A DNA stretch of 16,263 nt from Azolla caroliniana (lineage: Eukaryota > Plantae > Polypodiophyta). The DNA lies in NCBI GenBank assembly GCA_043228905.1, contig JBHGNT010000757.1, positions 1-16,263 on the forward strand, read 5' to 3'. The position numbers were made by a program, and so were the translations under genes. This document shows, in pieces, positions 1-6,430 of this stretch (its first letter is position 1; each line of letters begins with the position of its first letter). Under the pieces are notes generated by a model that had not been told where the DNA came from, did no database searches, and worked only from the letters and a program-made list of their open reading frames with translations.

Positions 1-223
1 ACCAGATGGGCGTAACGAAAAATCAGTCCGGTTAAAGTCGGACACACAGCACAGGATGGTTTCGGATAATAGACATCAATTCTTTGAGGATCGGCTTCAG
101 CTATTCCGACCGGCCCGGTTTGGGCTTCAGTCTTCGAATCCTGCCGACTCAAACAAAACCGATCTGTCCGACAACCTTGTACATACTTGTAACTTTAGTA
201 TAACCCATGTATACACCCATTAT

Positions 224-230
224 AGGGGAG
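224..230 (+). other. Putative polypurine tract of the host (outer) LTR element
   Basis: AGGGGAG directly abuts the TG at 231 and resembles the inner element's GAAGGGGGAG PPT. Confidence 0.5.
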
Positions 231-536
231 TGTCGAATACGAGTGTATAATGGCCGTATTCTCATTGTCCTTTATGGACAACCCAAGTTTGGGTTATTTC
301 TGTAAATAGCATAAAGGGCAGTTGCCCTAGGATAGTCACTATATATAGTGACTTTGTAACCTTTAGTAAAGGTTGTTGGTTGTCATTTTGTAACTATTGA
401 TATTGAGAAATATAACGTTTCTTTTGTGCCTATCTCTCTCTCTCTCTTTGTACATTGCTCATTCGCATACATTGGAGGTTCTTCACCATCACAAATGTTG
501 TTTGTTCTTCCGCACTGACGACCTTGTTCCCCAACA

Positions 537-571
537 CTATTTCCTTCCCGTCCATAACCCCGACGGTTCCG
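537..571 (+). repeat. 35-bp direct repeat, copy 1 (copy 2 at 5948-5982)
   Basis: CTATTTCCTTCCCGTCCATAACCCCG(A/G)CGGTTCCG, 34/35 identical. The copy starts are 148 bp apart once the Copia and one TSD are removed. Confidence 0.9.
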
Positions 572-643
572 CCTTGTGACTAGGGGTTGATTCGGGCTTG
601 CCCATGCACCTCTCCTTTTCACAAACACGTTCGAATACTCGTG

Positions 644-648
644 CCTTG
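644..648 (+). repeat. Target-site duplication CCTTG (left copy)
   Basis: Identical 5-mer immediately outside both LTRs (644-648 and 5907-5911). Confidence 0.97.
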
Positions 649-1228
649 TGTTGGGATTTCGGTCCCTTTCGGATGGGATGGTCGGATATCGGAGATGAAT
701 GCCGACAAGCCCGGTTTCGGTTTCGGTACCGGATGACGAATGTACCCGGAGAGCGATCCGGATGCAGGGACATATCCGTGAATATGTTTCCTATGGGCCC
801 ATGTGGCTACAGTTGTAAATAGCCCAAAGTCATATAAGTATATATATGACTTAGGGCAAACAGTTTTACTGTTGCTTATCATTTTTCTGTTTTTCCACTT
901 AAGAGGAGTGAAGAGGGAGCAGCCGTGAGAGAGAGAGAGATAGAGCGCGAGAGAGGAAGAGGAAGACGCCTCTGTGTATTTCCGCCGCCTGTGGCGAGGA
1001 CAGCGAGCTCAAGGTCGTCGCCTTGGAGCTCGTCATTGTATACTTCTCTTGTATAGTGTTGTTTGGAGTCTTGTACTCCCGTGGTTTTTCCCATCTAGGG
1101 TTTTCCACGTTAATCCCTGTGTACTCGTGTGTTTCTCTCTTTTGGTTTCTATTTTCTGTTGCATTGATCCACGATTACTCGGTTGTGGCCGAAAGGAAGA
1201 AGGTGAATCGAAGCGACTATTTCTTACA
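649..1228 (+). repeat. 5' LTR (580 bp)
   Basis: Starts TGTTGGG and ends TTCTTACA. Matches 5327-5906 at a constant offset of 4678, and the ORF-track translations in both copies are identical. Confidence 0.97.
822..857 (+). promoter_or_regulatory. LTR TATA region embedded in an inverted repeat (copy at 5500-5535)
   Basis: GCCC-A-AAGTCATATA-[AGTATA]-TATATGACTT-A-GGGC. TATA-like elements sit in the U3 part of the LTR, upstream of the GA-rich R-like region. Confidence 0.6.
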
Positions 1229-1231
1229 AAT

Positions 1232-1243
1232 TGGTATCAGAGC
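1232..1243 (+). other. Primer-binding site complementary to the 3' end of initiator tRNA-Met
   Basis: TGGTATCAGAGC, 3 nt after the 5' LTR end. This is the canonical plant Copia PBS. Confidence 0.95.
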
Positions 1244-1257
1244 GACTGTTGCAGAAA

Positions 1258-4200
1258 ATGGAAGGCGGCGGCAGCGGGCAGCCGGGGATGATGGTGCTGA
1301 ATGCACAGAATTACGCCGACTGGAAGATCAAGATGGAGGATCTTCTGATTGTTCGGGACCTGTACGAACCGATTGACAGGTCGGAAATACCGAAGGGGGT
1401 ACTTGAGTCGGAGTGGAAGCTCCTGAACCGGAAAGCCGTAGCGACGATCCGACAATATGTCGATGTAAGCGTCCTACAACATGTGGCAAACGACACCAAC
1501 GCATATGAAATGTGGAAGAAGCTGTCGGGCCTCTACGAGAGGAAGAATGCGTTGAATCGGACCTCCCTGATGAGGAAGATAGTGAATCTCAAGTACCGGG
1601 ACGGCGAGAGTATGGTGGAACACGTGAGCACGTTCATGGGATTCGTGAACCAGCTTGCGGCAATCAAGTTCCCGTTGGAGGATGCAATGCAAGCCATCAT
1701 CCTGATGTGTACATTGCCGGACAGCTGGGAGAACTTGGTGGTGACTCTCAGCACCTCCTGCACCGAAGATAACTTGTCCTTGCAAACGGTAAAGACAAGT
1801 ATTTTGAACGAAGAAGCGCGTCGGAGAGATAAAGAACTGACCTCCGACCCGAAGGCGCTGCTTACCGAATCGGATCGGGGAAGACAATGGAACCGGAGTC
1901 CGCAAAGACGGGAGAAGTCGGGGACCCGGTCGCAGTCAAGAGGAAGGCCCACATGCTTCCACTGTGGGAAGCCGGGGCACTTCCGAAAGAATTGTCGGCA
2001 TTACCGAAAAGACAACGGAGCCGACGACTCCGATTCGAAGAAGTCACCGGAGAGAAACGGTGCATACCGGGGAGCCACGGACCGGAGAGGTTCGGATCGG
2101 CGAGGGCAGGACCGGAAAGGAACGACGGCACTCGCGGCAAGTGAGGAAGAAATCATGCTCATCACCGAAGAAGGTGAGCTAAACATTGCCGGCGATGAGA
2201 CGACCTGGGTGGTCGATTCCGGAGCATCGTTCCACCTGACCCCGGAGAGAAGATACTTCTCATCCTACACAGCCGGTGAGCATGGGTGTGTTCGGATGGG
2301 AAACGAAGGTACGTGCCGGATTGCTGGCATAGGAGATGTGTGGTTGACAACCCCGACCGGATGCAAAATGCTGCTGAAGAATGTCCGACACGTTCCGGAG
2401 GTCCGACTGAACCTGATTTCGGCCGGGAGGCTAGATGACGAAGGCTACACGGGTAGCATCCAGAACGGCGTAATGAAGTTCAGCAAGGGGAGCCTGATAG
2501 TGGCTCGGGCCCGGAAAGACAACACACTGTACCTGATGAATGCCCGGTTATGTCCGGAAGAGCTGAATGTGGCAGCCGACACTGCCGGTGAGCTGTGGCA
2601 CAAAAGACTGTGCCACATGAGTGAGAAGGGGATGAAGAGGCTTGCAGAAGACAACCTTATCCCAGTGAAGCATGTGCACCTGGAGAAGTGCACCGATTGC
2701 CTGGCCGGTAAGCAGAACCGAACTTCCTTCCACTCAAGGCCACCGACGAGACGTAGCGCACCATTGGAGTTGGTGCACACTGATGTGTGTCAGGTAGAAA
2801 CGAAGTCACATGGCGGAGCCCAGTACTTCGTAACATTCATCGATGATCATAGCCGAAAACTGTGGACGGCACCGATGAAGACAAAGGACCAAGTGTTGTG
2901 CGTCTTCAAAGATCTCCACGCGAGAGTGGAAAGGGAATCCGGCAAGAAGCTGAAAGCAATACGAGCGGATAACGGAGGGGAATACCGGGGGCAGTTCCAG
3001 GAGTACTGTCGCTCGAAGGGAATCCGACTCGAGTTTACTGTGCCGAAGACGCCGGAACTGAACGGGCTGGCCGAGAGGATGAACCGGACCATAATGGAGA
3101 GGGTTCGGAGTATGCTGGCGCATGCGAAATTACCCAAGGGGTTCTGGGCTGAGGCAATGTCGACGGCGACATATGTGATAAACCGATCACCCTCAGTACC
3201 TTTGGACGGAGACACGCCGCAGAGAGTGTGGACCGGTAGGGAAGTATCCTACCGGCATCTGAAGGTGTTCGGGTGTCTCGCATACGTGCATGTGGCAAAG
3301 GACCGGAGAGGGAAGCTAGATCCAAAGACCCGGCCATGCATATTCCTCGGTTACGGCGACGACGAGTTCGGCTACCGAGTATGGGACCCGGTCGACAAGA
3401 AGATATTCAGGAGTCGAGACATCATCTTCATGGAGGACAAGACACTCGCCGACTGGGAGTCGGAGAAGAAGATGAAGAGCTCCAAGTCGACCGGTGAGGA
3501 TCAACTCTACGAGGAGCAGTCCCGACCGGCAAGGGACCGGTTAGCACTCGAGGATCCGGCCGAAGACGGTGAAGAAACCGAACCGACCGAAGAAGATGAA
3601 AATGATACCGGAACCGGCCCCGATCCCGAAATGGATTCGGAAGAACCGATTACCGAAACTCCGGAACGGAGATATCCTCTAAGAGAGAGAAGGGCCCCCC
3701 GGAGATTTCCGGAACCAGAGCACGTGCTGCTAACCGACGAGGGGGAGCCGGAGAGCTTTGAAGAAGCAAAACATGACACTCAGAGCCGCAGGTGGTTGAG
3801 TGCCATGCAGGACGAGATGGATTCCCTGCATGAGAACCACACATATGAACTTGTGGAGTTGCCGAAAGAAAAGCGGGCATTTCGAAACAAGTGGGTGTTC
3901 AAGCTGAAACCGGGAGATGCCGGAAACCCCCCGAGATACAAAGCCAGGATCGTGGTGAAGGGGTTTCAGCAGAAGAAGGGCGTCGACTTCGACGAGATAT
4001 TTGCCCCGGTGGTGAAGATGACCTCCATCCGGACGGTGCTGAGCATAGCGGCAAGCATGGACCTCGAGGTAGAACAGATGGACGTGAAGACGGCATTCCT
4101 TCACGGTGACCTCGAAGAAGAGATCTACATGCAGCAACCGGAAGGATTCGAGAAGAAAGGGAAGGAGCACCTGGTATGCCGGCTGAAGAAGAGCCTTTAC

Positions 4201-5316
4201 GGACTGAAGCAGGCTCCCCGGCAATGGTACCGGAAGTTCGACTCCTTCATGACCGACGAAGGGTACCTCAAAACGCAGTCCGACCACTGCGTGTTTGTGA
4301 AGAAGTTCGAAGGAGGAGACTTTCTAATACTCCTCCTGTACGTGGACGACATGTTGATCGTCGGACGGGACCAGGTCAAGATCCGGATGCTGAAGAAGGC
4401 TCTTCACCGAACCTTCTCAATGAAGGACCTGGGTCCGGCGAGACAAATACTAGGGATGCACATCATCCGGGACCGGAGCAAGAAGCAGTTGTGGCTGTCA
4501 CAGGAGAAGTACGTGACGAAGGTGCTTCACCGGTTCAACATGTCGGAAGCAAGACCGGTCGGATCGACCCTCCCGACAAACTGCAAGCTGTCCAGCAAGC
4601 AAAGTCCCAAGACAAAGGCTGAAAAGGAGGATATGATGAAAGTGCCGTATGCCTCAGCCGTCGGGAGCTTGATGTACGCCATGGTGTGTACGAGACCGGA
4701 CATCGGATATGCAGTCGGAGTGGTGAGCCGGTACATGAGCAATCCCGGCAAAGAGCATTGGAACGCGGTCAAGTGGATACTCCGATACCTGAAGGGCACG
4801 GCAAACGTGTGCCTCCGATTCGGCTCCGATAAACCCGAACTCGACGGTTTCACCGATTCGGATATGTCGGCTGATGCAGATACCAGCCGGTCCACATCAG
4901 GGTATGTGATGACGTATGCAGGGGGAGCTGTCTCGTGGCAGTCGAGGCTGCAGAAGACGGTTGCGTTGTCAACCACGGAGGCGGAGTACATGGCAGCTGT
5001 TGAAGCCGGCAAGGAAATAATATGGATGAAGGACTTCATTAGAGAGCTCGGTATCCGGCAAGAGGAGTACCGACTCTACTGCGACAGTCAGAGTGCCATC
5101 CACCTTGCGAAGAACGCAGCCTATCACTCCCGGACGAAACACATCCAGCGTAGATACCACTGGATCCGGGAAAGGATAGAAGACAAGGAGTTCGTGCTGA
5201 CGAAGATCCACACCGACGAGAACGGGTCGGATATGCTGACCAAGGTGCTCACACCCGACAAGCTGGAAGCATGCCGGAAGAGGATCGGATTGGAAAGACA
5301 TCCCATGCCGAAGTGA
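1258..5316 (+). CDS. Copia Gag-Pol polyprotein (1352 aa from ATG 1258): Gag, CCHC zinc knuckle, aspartic protease, integrase, reverse transcriptase, RNase H
   Basis: Uninterrupted ORF. Motifs: CFHCGKPGHFRKNC (1954-1995); WVVDSGAS protease (Asp at 2215); WHKRLCH...CTDC zinc site; HTD / DNGGE / AER integrase DDE; YVDD (4339-4350); FTDSD, TEAEY, CDSQSA and SDMLTK RNase H motifs. The track's TTG start at 1231 overlaps the PBS, so ATG 1258 is the likely start. Confidence 0.97.
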   Translation: MEGGGSGQPGMMVLNAQNYADWKIKMEDLLIVRDLYEPIDRSEIPKGVLESEWKLLNRKAVATIRQYVDVSVLQHVANDTNAYEMWKKLSGLYERKNALNRTSLMRKIVNLKYRDGESMVEHVSTFMGFVNQLAAIKFPLEDAMQAIILMCTLPDSWENLVVTLSTSCTEDNLSLQTVKTSILNEEARRRDKELTSDPKALLTESDRGRQWNRSPQRREKSGTRSQSRGRPTCFHCGKPGHFRKNCRHYRKDNGADDSDSKKSPERNGAYRGATDRRGSDRRGQDRKGTTALAASEEEIMLITEEGELNIAGDETTWVVDSGASFHLTPERRYFSSYTAGEHGCVRMGNEGTCRIAGIGDVWLTTPTGCKMLLKNVRHVPEVRLNLISAGRLDDEGYTGSIQNGVMKFSKGSLIVARARKDNTLYLMNARLCPEELNVAADTAGELWHKRLCHMSEKGMKRLAEDNLIPVKHVHLEKCTDCLAGKQNRTSFHSRPPTRRSAPLELVHTDVCQVETKSHGGAQYFVTFIDDHSRKLWTAPMKTKDQVLCVFKDLHARVERESGKKLKAIRADNGGEYRGQFQEYCRSKGIRLEFTVPKTPELNGLAERMNRTIMERVRSMLAHAKLPKGFWAEAMSTATYVINRSPSVPLDGDTPQRVWTGREVSYRHLKVFGCLAYVHVAKDRRGKLDPKTRPCIFLGYGDDEFGYRVWDPVDKKIFRSRDIIFMEDKTLADWESEKKMKSSKSTGEDQLYEEQSRPARDRLALEDPAEDGEETEPTEEDENDTGTGPDPEMDSEEPITETPERRYPLRERRAPRRFPEPEHVLLTDEGEPESFEEAKHDTQSRRWLSAMQDEMDSLHENHTYELVELPKEKRAFRNKWVFKLKPGDAGNPPRYKARIVVKGFQQKKGVDFDEIFAPVVKMTSIRTVLSIAASMDLEVEQMDVKTAFLHGDLEEEIYMQQPEGFEKKGKEHLVCRLKKSLYGLKQAPRQWYRKFDSFMTDEGYLKTQSDHCVFVKKFEGGDFLILLLYVDDMLIVGRDQVKIRMLKKALHRTFSMKDLGPARQILGMHIIRDRSKKQLWLSQEKYVTKVLHRFNMSEARPVGSTLPTNCKLSSKQSPKTKAEKEDMMKVPYASAVGSLMYAMVCTRPDIGYAVGVVSRYMSNPGKEHWNAVKWILRYLKGTANVCLRFGSDKPELDGFTDSDMSADADTSRSTSGYVMTYAGGAVSWQSRLQKTVALSTTEAEYMAAVEAGKEIIWMKDFIRELGIRQEEYRLYCDSQSAIHLAKNAAYHSRTKHIQRRYHWIRERIEDKEFVLTKIHTDENGSDMLTKVLTPDKLEACRKRIGLERHPMPK

Positions 5317-5324
5317 AGGGGGAG
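5315..5324 (+). other. Polypurine tract (plus-strand primer)
   Basis: GAAGGGGGAG overlaps the TGA stop (5314-5316) and ends 2 nt before the 3' LTR. Confidence 0.9.
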
Positions 5325-5326
5325 TT

Positions 5327-5906
5327 TGTTGGGATTTCGGTCCCTTTCGGATGGGATGGTCGGATATCGGAGATGAATGCCGACAAGCCCGGTTTCGGTT
5401 TCGGTACCGGATGACGAATGTACCCGGAGAGCGATCCGGATGCAGGGACATATCCGTGAATATGTTTCCTATGGGCCCATGTGGCTACAGTTGTAAATAG
5501 CCCAAAGTCATATAAGTATATATATGACTTAGGGCAAACAGTTTTACTGTTGCTTATCATTTTTCTGTTTTTCCACTTAAGAGGAGTGAAGAGGGAGCAG
5601 CCGTGAGAGAGAGAGAGATAGAGCGCGAGAGAGGAAGAGGAAGACGCCTCTGTGTATTTCCGCCGCCTGTGGCGAGGACAGCGAGCTCAAGGTCGTCGCC
5701 TTGGAGCTCGTCATTGTATACTTCTCTTGTATAGTGTTGTTTGGAGTCTTGTACTCCCGTGGTTTTTCCCATCTAGGGTTTTCCACGTTAATCCCTGTGT
5801 ACTCGTGTGTTTCTCTCTTTTGGTTTCTATTTTCTGTTGCATTGATCCACGATTACTCGGTTGTGGCCGAAAGGAAGAAGGTGAATCGAAGCGACTATTT
5901 CTTACA
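5327..5906 (+). repeat. 3' LTR (580 bp)
   Basis: No differences from 649-1228 on manual comparison; followed by TSD CCTTG. Confidence 0.97.
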
Positions 5907-5911
5907 CCTTG
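5907..5911 (+). repeat. Target-site duplication CCTTG (right copy)
   Basis: Matches 644-648. Confidence 0.97.
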
Positions 5912-5947
5912 TTTGTGCAAGCCTTCCTTGTGTTGTGCATATGAGCG

Positions 5948-5982
5948 CTATTTCCTTCCCGTCCATAACCCCGGCGGTTCCG
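5948..5982 (+). repeat. 35-bp direct repeat, copy 2 (copy 1 at 537-571)
   Basis: 34/35 identical to 537-571. Confidence 0.9.
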
Positions 5983-6230
5983 TCTCACGATCCGCACATA
6001 GTGACAGATTTTCATGACAACGTATAGCAAGATTTGGGATGAACAATGACGATTTGGACTTTGAGGCCGCAAACCCCATCTTACGCAACCGGTGCGTGAT
6101 ATTTTAATTCCAAGCTTGGGAGGCTTGCTTCAAGTCGTAAAGCGACTTCTTGAATCGGCACATACCATGTAAAGATTTAGTGCGGAAGCGTTATAGACAC
6201 AACCGACTTCACCAGTTACCATTTGAGAAA

Positions 6231-6430
6231 TGTTGTAGGTTTACTGTAAGCTTTGCACAATACACATAGAGAGAGAGAGTGCATGGGAGAGACACAGAGA
6301 GCAGAACAACATAAAACTCTGATTCAAATTTATCACTCTGTACATACAATGTGCTCAGTGAGCACTCTTCAATGCTTGTACTAAGCTACTTACACTAACT
6401 ACTTGGTAGTCTAGGAGCATAGATCTCCAA
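6231..6430 (-). repeat. Possible partial LTR (R/U5-like end) of the minus-strand Copia remnant
   Basis: On the minus strand it is CT/TG-rich, ends ...ACCTACAACA (TGTTG at 6231 on +) and lies directly downstream of the integrase remnant. There is no partner LTR in the window, and the inner boundary is approximate. Confidence 0.4.

Larger units (their letters stand above)
649..5906 (+). mobile_element. Full-length intact Ty1/Copia LTR retrotransposon, Tnt1/Tto1 (Tork)-like, 5258 bp
   Basis: Paired TG...CA LTRs, 5-bp TSD, PBS, PPT and a single polyprotein in Copia order (INT before RT). The RT segment RYKARIVVKGFQQKKGVDFDEIFAPVVKMTSIRTVLSIAASMDLEVEQMDVKTAFLHGDLEEEIYM closely resembles tobacco Tnt1. 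The lineage call is from recalled motifs, not a search. Confidence 0.97.
231..6019 (+). mobile_element. Probable 3' LTR of an older host LTR retrotransposon, split by the Copia insertion (segments 231-648 and 5912-~6019; ~526 bp when rejoined)
   Basis: A purine tract AGGGGAG (224-230) is followed directly by TGTCG at 231. A TATA-like core lies at 341-347, with a CT-rich stretch downstream. A 35-bp repeat occurs on both sides of the insertion (537-571 and 5948-5982, 1 mismatch). The candidate end is ...CATGACA at 6019, giving TGTC...GACA termini; GTGACA at 6006 is an alternative end. No PBS follows and no TSD flanks it, consistent with a 3' LTR whose internal region runs off the left edge of the window. 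Confidence 0.65.

Noticed and set aside
1231-1257. TTG-initiated N-terminal extension of the polyprotein
   Set aside because: It overlaps the PBS. The first ATG at 1258 (AAAATGG context) is the plausible eukaryotic start.
537-1376. Short ORFs in and around the 5' LTR, duplicated at 5249-6027
   Set aside because: They are translations of LTR sequence with GA/CT repeats and show no recognisable domain; the duplication simply reflects the LTR pair.
1474-5451. Many 60-185-aa antisense and alternate-frame ORFs within the Copia ORF (possible extra or antisense gene)
   Set aside because: These are expected shadows of a GC-rich coding frame. None has a recognisable motif, and there is no room for an env-like ORF between pol and the 3' LTR.
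226-6024. Outer LTR as a solo LTR
   Set aside because: The flanks (GGGAG versus ACGTA or GATTT) do not form a TSD, and a PPT-like tract precedes it.
6020-6230. Coding-looking stretch and small hairpin AAGTCG-taaag-CGACTT between the two elements
   Set aside because: The plus-strand frames I read are interrupted by stops and I recognise no homology; a BLASTX search would be needed.
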